The translations under genes and the position numbers were made by a program. Source: Eledone cirrhosa (lineage: Eukaryota). Taken from it: a stretch of DNA of 64,000 bases. Positions 1 to 12,857 of this stretch are shown piece by piece. The notes under the pieces were generated by a model. It was not told the DNA's origin. It made no database searches and saw only the letters and a program-made list of their open reading frames with translations. How positions within the stretch are numbered: the stretch's first letter is position 1; each line of letters opens with the position of its first letter. The stretch covers positions 64,604,001-64,668,000 of the forward strand of contig OZ024741.1 of NCBI GenBank assembly GCA_964016885.1, in the 5' to 3' direction.

Positions 1-797
1 GACCACCTGGGACCAACTCGAGTCCAGCACCAGCTCAAGGAAGTCATTTGCACTTGGCGGCCAACGAAAGGTCTCCCAGTCAATCTCAGGGTGATTGAAG
101 TCACCTGCAATGAAAACATAAGTGGCTGTCTTCCTGGCAGCAGCTCTGAGGATATCACAAAGTTGAGTGTCCTGATGGTAATTTGGGGGACGGTAAACGA
201 CTCCAAGTAGCAGTGTTGACATGGTCATACGTATATCGCAGAAAAAAACTTCCTGCTGTGATTGGTTCAAATCAGCACAAGGAATTGCCGACAGATTTGA
301 CCGAACGTAGACCATTACACCACCACCACGACGATTAATACGGTCTTTACGAAACAGGTTGTAGCCAGTCATGCTGAAAACCCCATCACAGAGTAAGGGA
401 TGTGCCCAAGTTTCCGTGACTGTAATGAAGTCCGGGTTGATACTTTTGACGTAGGAGTCAAAAAGATGAATCTTATTGCATAGACTACGTGCATTCAAGG
501 ACAACAGTTTGTACTTTGATTCCAGTCTATGATTATGTGCAGGGGATGGCAGGTTGTTCTGATTTAGTTTCCCAGAGTTTTTTCAGTTTCTTTATTGTCA
601 GTTGTTGTGGGTACACTGTTTTCAGACCAGCTGGTGTCTCTTTTCCATGATTCGCCAGCCTTAACAAACCTCCATATCTGCCCATCATCTCGTAGGCTGA
701 AGCTTTCATGTTCTGCCGAGCTGCGGTTTAGGGAAGCTGCAGCACGCAACTTTGGGCGGACATCAGGTGGAAGACCAGGACGTGTTCGGAAAGCATA
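1..797 (-). mobile_element. CR1-like LINE, 5'-truncated within ORF1: ORF1 C-terminus (stop at 566-564) plus intact start of the ORF2 APE endonuclease, running off the window
   Basis: Uninterrupted frame 582 to <1 encodes LNARSLCNK..ITVTETW..GYNLFRKDRINRRGGGVMVYV..GVVYRPP..IAGDFNHPEIDW, the APE motifs of CR1/L2-group LINEs. ORF1 ends ...KTLGN*. Confidence 0.9.
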
Positions 798-846
798 TAA
801 ACACTGTTTGGAAACATTGAGGAAATAAATATCAAATATAACTTAC

Positions 847-889
847 TTTCTGAGGTAGAATTTTGTCTGCAATCTTCTTTTTCTTTTTT
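847..889 (-). CDS. SMARCD1: BAF60/SMARCD exon (KKKKKIADKILPQK), 43 nt, phase 2/0
   Basis: Acceptor aaaacCAG, donor AAA|GTAAGT. Peptide matches the conserved SMARCD motif AKKKKMADKILPQR(IRELVPES). Gene continues beyond the left edge of the window. Confidence 0.92.
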
Positions 890-1671
890 CTGGTTTTAAA
901 AACAGCGAGGGTGGGGAGAGAGAAATACAGTGAGAGGAAAGAATGTTTAATAATTTTTCCAAAGTTGTAGAACATGAGGGTTAGAATGTTACATGATTTA
1001 ACAATAAACTTAAAAGATGGAATGTGTAAAACAATCATATAATATGAAATTACAGGCAGGGCGTTAAATTTAGATTTAAACCAAATACTTCAACATCCTG
1101 TACCACATGAGACTATTAGCAAGATACTCTTCAACAATACACAACAACACTATGATTGGCCTCACATCAAAAATTAAAGCCAATTTTTACAATGATTCTA
1201 TTCACTAGATACTCTAAAAATTTGGCCTATTTTTAGATATTTTCAGCTAAATCATTATAGGATGTTATGAACTAATATGTTGCTTTCTACTGCAGCACCA
1301 CGTTAATTTTTAAAAGTTCCTCCCTCCATCCACACTACCCACACTAGTCTATGAGGTCCTACAAATCTTGCCCTTCCTCCTTTGACAAAAGCATAACAAA
1401 TATAAGAGTCTTGTCTCATCATCTTGTGAGTACACAGGTGAAACACTAGAGTAACAAGACTCACTACTTAACCATAATAAAGAATATTTAAACACTACTT
1501 TGGTTTTGAGTACTCATTCAATATCATACGGATATATATACATTATTATTATTATTATTTTAATTCACTAATCTCAAATACAGCAAATTGCAAATAAAAG
1601 CCATTCACATATAAAGCTATCTTGAAATCTACATCAAGACGAAGAATTGTAAAGCTATCCAGAAAACTTAC

Positions 1672-1783
1672 GGTTTAGAGATTTGCTGTGGTGCTCTTGC
1701 TTCATTCGCTGACCGTTTCCGATCCAGAGGTCCCTGCATGCCAGGAGGTGGCATTCCAGGTGAAATTCCTGTTCGAGGCATAC
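1672..1783 (-). CDS. SMARCD1: BAF60/SMARCD exon ((G)MPRTGISPGMPPPGMQGPLDRKRSANEARAPQQISK(P)), 112 nt, phase 1/2
   Basis: Acceptor ttttttctttAG, donor ACC|GTAAGT. DRKR...PQQI resembles SMARCD1 QSRKRPAPQQI. In frame with both neighbouring core exons. Confidence 0.9.
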
Positions 1784-2249
1784 CTAAAGAAAAAATAATT
1801 GAAGAGATTTTGGGAGGTGGTTATTTTCATATATATATTCCAGATAAGACATCTTAAACATAGGCAAACACCAAGACAAACTGAAAAACGAACAAACATT
1901 TTTAGTTATCAATCGCGAATCCAATAAAGAAAATAAACATACATTTTCACTTAGTATTTTTTGCCACCACTATCATCATCAACAATCGAACCTGCCACGT
2001 TCTTCTTTTAATGATTTAGTGCCATATTGAATTCAGTTTTTATTCCATGTTGGAAGTATTTCACTAAGTTTGCCATATTCTTGTGGCATTAATCATTAGA
2101 CTGTAGTCATAGTAGAGTACCATTTTCTAGGAGAACAGGGGAAGTGCTGCATTTTGTATTATAACCGAAATGCCAATGATTGTTGTTCTCACTTGGTTAT
2201 TTTTGTAGAATTATTTTCTTAATATAGCAACCCATTAATTGGTCAGGAT

Positions 2250-2700
2250 CCTTCATATTTTCTTACACCCACTTATTCCTGATAGATTATATGGAGGCAG
2301 AGTCCCCCAACACTTTGCAGAGGGTCCTATTGAAAGCAGATGTCACCAAATGATCCAGCTGGATTCCCAAACACAAGACCAACCAGGATTATGGATGTTA
2401 TCCAACCACCTTGCTTGTGGTTTATTTCTGGGTCTCCTACCAGGACCTACAGTTTGATAAACACTATTCTACATTATAGCTTCTTAGATCAACCCATCAA
2501 ACCTCTGGTATATATAATATTGACTTCAGTCGGATAAAATACAATGTGGACCAGGATGAGGACTGAATTAAAATCGTAAAAGAGATGAAACCAAATACCA
2601 CAAGGAGTTTTCTTTGACACTCTACCAATCTGCTATCCTCCCAGAACCCCATCCTATAATATGTCCATGAAAATGTCATGGAAATATCACAACTCTTCAG
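2250..2700 (-). mobile_element. Degraded RTE-clade (Rex3/Expander-like) LINE 3' fragment
   Basis: Minus-strand peptide GRRPRNKPQARWLDNIHN.GWS..GIQLD resembles the Rex3-type C-terminus GRRPRGRPRTRW..LAW.RLGI. Homologous to 25393-25515. Confidence 0.55.
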
Positions 2701-2980
2701 TTCTATTCTCTTAGATCCTAGTCTAAAATGCTATATTCTAAATAGATATAGCAGCACTGTAGATTGTTTTGTTAATACATACACAAAACAGTTTTTTTTC
2801 AAAAGGTCACTCTTATGTTACATTCTAATGCAAAAAGGATAAGGAAACAACACTGTTTGCTCCAGTCCATTTGGCAGATAATAGGTTCCACTCTTCCTCC
2901 AACATTTTTCAAGTCATGTAGTATGTTAGCAGAGAAAATGTGCGTGTGTGTGTGTGTGCATATATGCATACAAAAAACAC

Positions 2981-3317
2981 ATTTCATTTCATTTTCATTT
3001 CATTTTACGTCCACGCTTGCAAGGGTGGGACGGGAACTGATTCTGGCTTGATTTCTACAGCTGGATGCCCTTCCTAACACCAACCTCATTTACAGTGAGT
3101 GCTGGGTGCTTTTTTGCCGTGGCACCTCCACGACCACTTTACAGTGGAATGATAGGGACCCCAGTCCCTATCATCTCATTTCTACAGCTGAGTAAACTGG
3201 AGCAATGTGAAATAAAGTGTATTGCTCAAGGAAACAACACATCACCCGGTCTGAGAATTGAACTCACAACTTTTCGATTGCAAGGCCAATGCTCTAACCA
3301 CTAAGCCATGTGCCTCC
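2981..3317 (-). mobile_element. Full-length tRNA-derived SINE (family A) with RTE-type 3' tail
   Basis: A box TGGCTTAGTGG, B box GAGTTCAATTC, core CCTTGAGCAA.ACACTTTA, tail GGTTGGTGTTAGGAAGGGCATCCAG...GGACGTAAAATG. Near-identical copies at 23998-24289 and 30851-31101. Confidence 0.85.
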
Positions 3318-4019
3318 ATGTGTATGTATATAGATATATGCATACACACATATGTGTGTGTATATGTGTATACATATACACACACAAGTATGTTTGAATG
3401 TATGATTATATGTATGCAACACACACGATTTTAAGAACAATTCCTCTAAGAAATGTTACTGTTCCAAACAGTATAAAATGATTAATTGTTGGGTAAGTAA
3501 ATTTCTTTATAAGTGAGAATCAATTCCAACATTCTTTTCAAAATGTTTTCTAATCAATGTAGAAATGACAATGCACCATAATAAATAAACACCATTACAA
3601 CAGCTAACAAGCATGCTTCTATATGGTCACTAGACTGGCTAGAAATAGCACTAAATCTCCCTCCAATCATACTCTACCATCTTACAAAATGAAGGACACA
3701 TTTGTTAATGCAACCCTGAGAAGAAAAGTTGAGATAGTCAATGCTGGAATATTTGATCATAAGTAAGCTTAATCAGGAATGACCTGGTACTCAACGACAC
3801 ATTTATATAGTTTATTTCTATGTATGATAGACCACTATGAAATTAAGAATCATAAATGATATTCCTTTAAATAAAAGGTGTCCTTCAGAGAGAAAAGGTT
3901 GGGAACCACCAGTATGTGTGTGTGTGTGTATGTATATATATATATATATTTGTGTAAATATGTTTTGAAATAGCAGCGAGTTTGAAATTTGAAATAGAAG
4001 CTTTCGGCGTATTTTTGAC

Positions 4020-4080
4020 TAAAGGAATTTTATCCTGATAGTGGGGTTTAGAGCCCCACTATCAGGCTAAAATCTCTTTA
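4020..4080. repeat. 61-bp imperfect hairpin (~28-bp arms)
   Basis: taaaggaattttatcctgatagtggggt pairs with gccccactatcaggctaaaatctcttta around a 5-nt loop. Confidence 0.85.
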
Positions 4081-6539
4081 TATATATATATATATATATA
4101 TGCTGATGCCATGATAAAAAACAAAAAAAAAACACCAAGTCTATGCTGTCAGATAGTAGGGTGGTGCCTCAATAAAACACACCTGGTACTCACTAAGTGG
4201 TTGCTATTAGGAGAGGTGTCCAGTCATAGATACCATGCCAGAATGGAAAATATGAGTGAGACACAGTTGGACCTATCTAATCTCAGAACATGACAACCCA
4301 TCTAGCCCATGCAAGAATGGAAAATTGATGTTAAACAGTAATGATGATGATATATATATATATATATATTATATTATGTATGCATGTATAGTTTGTATGA
4401 GTATATAGCTATATGTATGTATGAGCTGGTAGCTACACCTGATAAAAATACCAAGCAAATCAATGAGACAAAAAAAAATGGCATTGCACTTGGATCATCT
4501 TCCAAATAGGGACCACCAATTAACAAATACTGGCCTCTGTGTTCATTCCTAGTTACTATTGACATAAACAAGTGAGTTAAGGTACCTTTCCTCTAAGTAA
4601 AACATGTCAGGTGATGTACCCTAAGAAAAGAATATGAGCCTAATTAATATTTACATTTAAAAAAAATACGTTAACTGAATAGATACCAAATCATCTGAAA
4701 CTAACCATGGTTCTAGAATACACTGTTGTTTATTATAGTGTTTTTATTTATCTTAACACGCCAACACTCATAATTTTATATAAGAAACTTTGTTACATTA
4801 TGTTCCAAACACCAGCTTAATAATGAGAAAGTTATTTTACTAAATCCCTCCAAATTCTTGATTATTTTCAAAATTATTTGACAATCATAGTTAATGTTTT
4901 TCATTAGAAATATGGTAACAAATGGGTCAAAACCAAGTTAGCACAGAGTAGAGTGCCAGAGTAGCATAACCCACAATAAAAATGTGGATTTATCAGTTAG
5001 CTCTGTACCACAGGTCTACACATGTAGAGCTGACTGGAATTCTAACAACGATTATCAAGATTTCAACCAGTTTAATTAATTCCTTGCATATGAAACCATG
5101 GGTAGATTCCTTTAGCTTGACAAAAAAATCTTGTATGGAAAAATATAATGTATTTTGCAAACATGGATCTCTACTTAGTTATGAGTAATCTTGTAATGCA
5201 GAAAACAAAGATATTTTAGAATATTTATATAGCCCAACTTCTATGCTAAACCTGAAAATCAAATAGAAATATAAAAATCCAAGATGATACTGATCAAAGC
5301 ATCTCCTAGCCATCAATTCTAGTAATATTTGAAACACTGACTATTGAAGTCACAAGTCAATTTGTATAGTTGTCTATAATATTTGATCATTTGAATCTTC
5401 AAAGAGCTTAACTTCAATAGTACTGCTTGAAGAAGTGGGGAGATTGCTATATTATCAGCTATATACACACATACACACAGCTTTTTTCACAATCCAAAAA
5501 CATGTGGGTATAACACATCAAATATAACTATTCAAAAATGTGACAACCCTTGACAAAAATATTTATATTCATTTCAAAAGATATATTTCCATGGTTAAAA
5601 CAGCAACTATGTCATTAGGAGAAAAATTCCCATGGTGTAGTTATGAATATTCAAACAACTATACACTATTATTTTAAATGTTACATGATAATTAGACGTG
5701 ATATTTTATAATAAATGGATTGAGAAATTGTATACATAAAAGCATATTTAATCATGGTGTAAAAGAATTTGGGGCTTATTGTTCCACTGTCAAATGATTT
5801 ATCATTTCAACTCTTCAGGTATCAAACCACCTGAACCCCACCTATTTCTATAAAACTAAGTTGTTTATCAAGTGTTTATATTTATCTAAAAACCTTCCAT
5901 AATTTCATGTATGTACATTTGTTGAGTTATGCTTCAAATGCCAGTTTAATAATGAGAAAGTTATATTAATAAATCCCTCCAAATTCTTGATTATTTTCAA
6001 AATTATTTGACAATCATAGGCAGTATCTTTCATTAGAAATATAGTAATGAAAAAGTTTACAGGAATTTCCTAAATTAATAGTATTTTTGAAAGAGTGGTA
6101 AGTAAGCATAATTCTATAATATATGAGAAACACAGTGTGTATGTAGCTATGTATTCTTTTTACCAGTATGTTTTACATGTGATTTGTGTATAAATGGATG
6201 TGTAAATACAGGAATATTCAGACAAAGTGGAGAACAAAAGAATTCCTTTAATCCTTCTGATACCAACCCATCCAAAACCAGTTCTGATTCTATGAAACAA
6301 AACACGCATTTTAAAGGGTTCCTGTTTAAATTGAAATTTTCCAACATGATTTGATATAAGATCCATATATTAACTTACTATCTTAGTAATTTATAATATT
6401 AAAATAATTTTAGAAAATTTCTCAAAAGTTTTCGTTGATTAATTGAAATATAGGGTATTTCATTAGAAATATGGCCACAAAAGAGTTAAAATAAACAAGA
6501 CAACAATTTAGACAAGATTATTCCAATTGAACAATAAAA

Positions 6540-6725
6540 TTAATGTGCAAGTGTCTGAGCATTCACAGACACTATGTGACAAAGCTGACCCTTTGAATTA
6601 CAGGTACAGCTCACTTCTGCCAGCAAAGTGAAATGGAGTAATGAGAAATAGAATGTTTTGCTCAAGGACACAAAACAAACATCATGGCCTGAACATCCCT
6701 AACCATTAAGCCACATGTCCTCACG
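6540..6725 (-). mobile_element. Degraded tRNA-derived SINE with family-A-like head and a different tail
   Basis: Minus-strand head GTGGCTTAATGGTTAGGG and core TGTCCTTGAGCAAAACA. Confidence 0.55.
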
Positions 6726-7788
6726 ATTTAGATGATTTATACTTAATTACACAACTATTTTGAGAATTGGTATTCAAGTACACAAGTATGTGTAAAGAAC
6801 ATGCTTTTCAATTCTAAAACTATATACCATATTCTGATATGTCTGGTAGTTTTATGCCTTCCTTTCATTCAAAGTATGGGGCAATACAAGAAAAAGCTAT
6901 TATAACATATTAATCTGGCAATGGAAATACAAGCACATCTCTGATATTTCCAGCAGATTTAAAATCAACTTTACATTAAGATTATTTCTTTCACTTCTGT
7001 AACTTTCAATATTTCAACTCACATGACATAAATGATTGCACAACCCACATAAATATATCTATAAAAATATAATCATACAAAACCTTTGAGAAAATGACTA
7101 TACACATGAAGAAAGTGGACTAAAATAGAACATACAAGCAAGATATGGACTCTAAGCTGCATTACAGGCAGAATAAGAACTGATAGAGTAGAAGGACCTT
7201 TTAACATGGAACAATCCCTCTATTACTAGTAGCATGATCAAATGCACTCAGTGCACACTATAAAAGAATTGGGGATAAAAAAAAGCATCCAGCAATAGAA
7301 AATCTGCCAAACTTTCATGTGTGAAAAAAAACAGGAAATCTGCAAGCCTCATCAAGTTACTTATCTAGGAAGGCAGTAACTCTGAATAGGGTGGGGATTT
7401 AATCCTCACATGGAACAGGGTTTATTTTATTGTGCCACTGGAAAATAAAATACATCTAGTTCACACAAAACTAAAGTTGGTTTGTTTTCTATGTTGCTGT
7501 GTGTGCAACATGACAGGAGTAATGATGACCCATCCAACCCATGGAAAAGTTGTATGATGATGATGATATGCCACCTAAAGAATGACAGAAACATGAAATT
7601 TTAGCTTCAGATGAATAAACAAAACCCAATGTAACAAATAACCCCTTGCTTGTATGCCTAAGAATACAAACATTATATATATATATATATATAGATAGAT
7701 ATTTAAATATACATATGAACAGGACACGAAGCAGACACACATATAAGATAAAAGGAAGAAAAAACAGTCGCCAGACTGAGAAGCGTAC

Positions 7789-7827
7789 CATTCACATTGG
7801 AGTGTGACTGTCGGGATTGGACGCTTT
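7789..7827 (-). CDS. SMARCD1: Candidate 39-nt cassette microexon ((E/K)SVQSRQSHSNVN), phase 1/1
   Basis: Acceptor atttttcCAG after a ~74-nt AG-free zone with poly-U and TACTGAA branch-like motif; donor ATG|GTACGC. Open in phase 1; CpG-retaining flanks. Confidence 0.65.
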
Positions 7828-9878
7828 CTGGAAAAATACCGGTAGATATAAAAGACGAAGGCATTCAGTAAGTTGAATGTAAAAAAAAAAAAAAGAAAGA
7901 AGGCTGAAGAAGCTGCACCAACGCAAGTAAATCCAAACAGTTAATAACAAATAACTCCAAATAATCAATAGTTGTTTTAATAGAAGGAAATTTAAATGAA
8001 GTAAGCTTGTGTAGTTACAAATAACTGCTCACTTATTAACTGATATAACTAGACATAGTTTCTGGTTTTTGTGTTGTGTATTTTTTCAGAACTGAGACAA
8101 TTTTGCAATTGGTAGTAGAGCTGAGTTTGTTTAATACTGTTAAATAACAAGCTAAAGAGTGAAAAATCTAGGTAGAAGTTTCAATTTCACTAAGTGGAAT
8201 AGAGAAAAGGTTGAGATAAGGAAGAGGGGAAGGAGAGAGTTTAGTGATTTAGTTAAGAAAAATAATACTATATTGCATTTTTTTTATATATAAAATTTTA
8301 TTTTCTCTGCTTTTTTTTTAAATTCATTTTTATTTTATATTTTTTGATAAATTTATTCCAGTTGCCATTTAAAAAAATATCATGAAGTCTTTACAGACTT
8401 AAAGGATAATAAGTTTTTAACAAACATTCCATTTAAAAGGCAAGGGGGCATACTGCAGCTATACTGCCAAGTGCGGAGGACATACAGACCTCTTGTCAGA
8501 AAACTATTAACTAATGTTCCCTTTAAAATAAAAAGAGAGCAATGATAATCGAAAGGAGTGAAACATACTTCAGCTAACTTTTACCAAGCAAAGATCTACT
8601 AATATGGCAAATATTTGAGTACAACTCAGACAAGGTCTCAGTTGAACGCAATTTAAATAGTATCAGGTATAACATATAAATATACACATTAAGAACAATA
8701 GTAACATTTTCAGATATAGGTTATTAATCAAACCTAGTTTAACATGTTCCAATACTCCTTTGTCATATCTGTAAGTTGTTCACTTACAACTTGTAACAGT
8801 TAATAAGTAAAATCTAAATTACTAGGTGGACAGGGACTTTCTTTAGTTTCATCTACAGACTATCAAGTATGATTAAATGAGTTTATTTTGTCACACAGCT
8901 AGACTGTCCATTATCATCCTAATCACCTAGTCATTTCATTGACATACTGTTATACAAGGAAACAAAAAGTGCCTTTCTCATCACATTGACCAAGTGTCAA
9001 TTTCAGACTAGTGACCAAATTTCATAGACACGTCTGATGTCTTTTAATTTCTCAAGAGGCCTTACAATAAAACAACACCTCAATGTGGTGGCTTAAAAAT
9101 TAAGTCAATGACTTAGATATAAATATTTCAAAAGGCACTTCATCAGAAAAATAAGCAAAACTAAACGTTAGCTAGAAACTAGAATTTGAATGTGCTATAT
9201 TGTGTCTGGGAATCCAACAATTTATCACTGGGCTACATTGACATCTTTGATACAATGTAAGAAAATCTTGTTTTAATAACCTTAAAATTGCCACTCACTC
9301 TTCAACTTCTCTTTCCTGACCCTCTTTGTTTTCTCTCTACTCCTTTCTCTCTTCTTTAGCTCTCTTTCTGTATTTAAAGAGGTGATAGTATTTTCAAACA
9401 AACTATCGTAGAAAAAAAACTTTTCAAGAGTTGATCCACAGATAACAATTAGAAGCAATACTTCAAGACAGAGCAGAATTATAGCAAAATTATGAAATCA
9501 AATTATCAAAGAAATGCTATTAAATGGAGAAATGGTTTCAATTTGTTTTGAAGAATGGATATTAGATGCATTAGAAATAACCTTTTTTTTTTTCTTCTTT
9601 TTTTTTCTTTTTAAATATTACGTTAGAAACAGAGAAAAGTCAGTTTTCAACTTTAATGCCTAGTGAATATGTAAGAAGTATGCAAAGAATGAACAAGAAT
9701 TTATATGAATATAGGAATTTATAGAAATATGTATTTATAATATAAAGTGTTTATATATATATATAGATGGTTTCAATTTGACCCAGGCATGTAGGTGCAA
9801 CCAACAGTGCATTATATCTTATTCTAGAATATGAAAGCATTTTAAAATTTATTGGAAATATTTTCTATTTTCCTTTAA

Positions 9879-10134
9879 CCCTTTTGATACCAAACTAGCT
9901 GAAACTGCCCTGGATTCATAATCCAAAACCACTCGTTTTAAAATGATTATTCTTATATTAAAACCTTTCGTTATAATTTTATGTTAGAAATTTTTGATAA
10001 GTAATGTTCTAAATATCAGCTTCCTACTGAAAAACTTAGTTATGTTATTAATTTACACCAAATATTTGGTTATTTTCAAAATTAGTTGAAACATGTAGGC
10101 AGCATTTTTCATTAGAAATGCAGTAACGAAAGGG
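9879..10134. mobile_element. piggyBac-like MITE family 1; related copies at ~4670-4930, 5808-6060, 6250-6490, 14480-14732, 21192-21450, 29660-29882, 34019-34283, 34997-35230, 43812-44036
   Basis: TTAA on both sides (9875-9878, 10135-10138). TIRs CCCTTTTGATAC / GTAACGAAAGGG; internal motif cattagaaatatggtaac shared among copies. Confidence 0.75.
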
Positions 10135-12857
10135 TTAACATTTCATAAATTTATTTCCCTCTTCTATCAAGAGCTGAATGGTTCATTAAATGTAGGCATT
10201 TGCATAATTTATTGAAAAATTAATTTGACAAATATGTCACTGCTAACTCCTACCATGCAGCAGGGGTAGCTAGTTTCAACTCAGCTGAATAAGACAAATA
10301 GAATAGGCTTTGTCAAAACTGTAACACATAATAAGAGCAGTGGTAGAATTTAAATTCTGTGAACTACCATCTTAGCCATTCAACCACTAGATAGTCAATA
10401 TAAAAATGTCAGCTGCCAATATAGAAAAGATTGGGCAGCACTTCCATCTCTGGCTATGTTGTAAAATAGATTAAACTACAAAGTGAAAAGTGCTGTAAAA
10501 ATGACACTACAGAGGTGACATCTTAAGACAATCACAATGGGGAAAACTATTTAAGAACTATATACAAGAGATGGAATTTCAGAAATAAAACTTTTGAAGC
10601 TGGGTCAAATATGAACCATATTTTAAAAAATAGTTACGGTAATCAAATATTCCTTCATGCAAACTCTTCAAAAGATTAAGACAGAACAAGTTTATCAACA
10701 TCATTGCACCAACACTTGCAACACGCATAAAAGCTATATCAACAACAAAACAAAACAAAAACATTTTTTTTTCCAGTGATGCATTATTGAATTACAACAA
10801 TTTACTGATACAAAACAAAAAGCCAATCAAACAATATAAGAGACAGCCGATAAAAAAAATATCTAGAAAAGAAATTAAATGAAATGCCCAATAAAACAAG
10901 AAAAATAGACTGAGTTAGCAAAACATAACATAACATTAGACATAGATAACAAATGTAAGGACTAATAAAGAAACACAAAACACAATTACATTCAGAGCAG
11001 GACAAAAATGTATTATGTCAGTATATTAGAAAGGCTGGGAATAAAAAGGCATTAAATAAACCATGCTTTTAGCTCAGTTGCAACTACATTGTGTTAACAT
11101 TGTATTAAAAATGTTTGTACAGGAATTAGTTGAATGGGATATTTCCACACACAAAAGGAAATTGCCAAAATTCTCATTTAGAAAAAAAAAATAACTAAAA
11201 AATAAAATCATCTTTTAGAAGTGTTTATTTTAAAAGTTGATTCTTTTAACTTTTAATGTTCTGTGCCACATGAAACCACATTAGCAAGACATTATTGAAA
11301 AGTATAAAACATTATGACTGCATCACATTAAAAATTAGTCTTTTGTCTAATACTGCAAATTTTCACAACAATCTGTCCACTTATAAAGATATAAACATTT
11401 CCTGCTAAATTCTCACAAACTTTAAATCTACATAGATCTCTATTTCTTTGACACATATAATTAAACAAAAAACAACATAAAGAGTTCTTAGGAAATTAAA
11501 AGATGAGTGAAATGTTCCAAAAGGATACCTTATCAGCTGTTTCCATCGCTGACACCTCAACCCTTAGAAGCATGAGATTCTATGACAATCGTTAAACTAC
11601 AATAATTTCCCAGTGTTCTGTCCTAGTTTTTACTTCATATTCAAAGATTTTTTATACCAACTCAACTAAAACCACTTTAAGTTTAGTGATATAAAACTAT
11701 CCAAATCAAAATCTTGCAACATTATTTTATATAAGAGCTTTTTGTTAAGTTATGTTACATGAACATTAAAAATGCACAGGTTCAATTCCCAGTTGGCCCT
11801 TTTTTAAAATTATTTTAAATGATCTTGCGTTACTAGTTATCTAGTGTTATTAGTGACCTCTGGTTAACCTCTATACATCAATTTGCATTCACATCATCCA
11901 AGCAATTAAAAAGATCAAGTATAATATTTTTAAATGTGGACAGTGTATTTCATTAGAAATATGATTGCAAAAGTGGGTGCATATAGATTTTAACACCACC
12001 AACAAAATACTTATTTCACATAACTTTCTTCACTAAGTAATATAGTAAAATATATATATATATCAAATATATAGCTGATGCTCAGTGCCATACTATCAAT
12101 ATATATATGGCACAGCTCTTCAATAAGTAGAGACAAGTCATATAGATAACATATATATTGTCAAGGATTTATCAACCATAAACAAGATCTTCCAGAGCCT
12201 GGAGGATTCAAAATGATTCAACAGAAACATTTAGCTGCTTTATAGCAGTCCTTGTATTTCATCTTTTAACTTGTTTTTGCATTGTTTATTCTTGAAATCT
12301 CACTGTCTCTCCCTCCCTTTTCTACCCTATGAATCCCTATACAAAGTTCTCTAATTTGATTTCTTGCTTTCAAAGTAGTCCCAGCATATGAGTAGCTGGA
12401 AGTAAACAAAAATTCAAGAAACTTGTTGAAACCATAAAACAAGCATTATGTAATGGAGTTGTGAAACAAAAACTATACTCTAAACGACACTTAAAAATAT
12501 TTAAACATCAAAATATTAAAACTTCATAAATATATTTTATACTCATGAGAATTTCAAAACCAAGTCATCTAAATATGTTTTGATTAACTACCTTGGCTTA
12601 TGAACAGGGTTTCGATTTTTGCCAAATTTCTCAGGCATAAAATTGGGATAGGGGGTATTATATTTGAGTATATAGAGTAAGTAGATTTTGGTTTACTAAC
12701 TGCCCTTCCTTTACAGATTGTAACTTTAAATGACTGAAAATTCTAATTTGAGGTTTTTGTCTACTTCATTGTTGTACACAAGACATGATATTATTAAGAA
12801 TTGGTATGTTTCTCCTATAACTCATTTGTATATATACTTCTTTAAAATTGTAGACAC

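Noticed and set aside
595-828. 77-aa plus-strand ORF
   Set aside because: Antisense shadow of the LINE ORF1 fragment.
3245-3317. tRNA gene (also ~24215-24289 and 39069-39165)
   Set aside because: A and B boxes are present but continue into SINE body and tail in multiple copies; no intact cloverleaf evident.
4374-4440. Acceptor tttttatCAG leading to a short in-frame stop (possible alternative last exon)
   Set aside because: Runs into microsatellite with no donor or clear poly(A) signal; such acceptors are common by chance.
10806-10862. 57-nt in-frame segment after a good acceptor (hydrophobic peptide)
   Set aside because: Weak donor (TCA|GTAAAT) and U-rich, intron-like composition.
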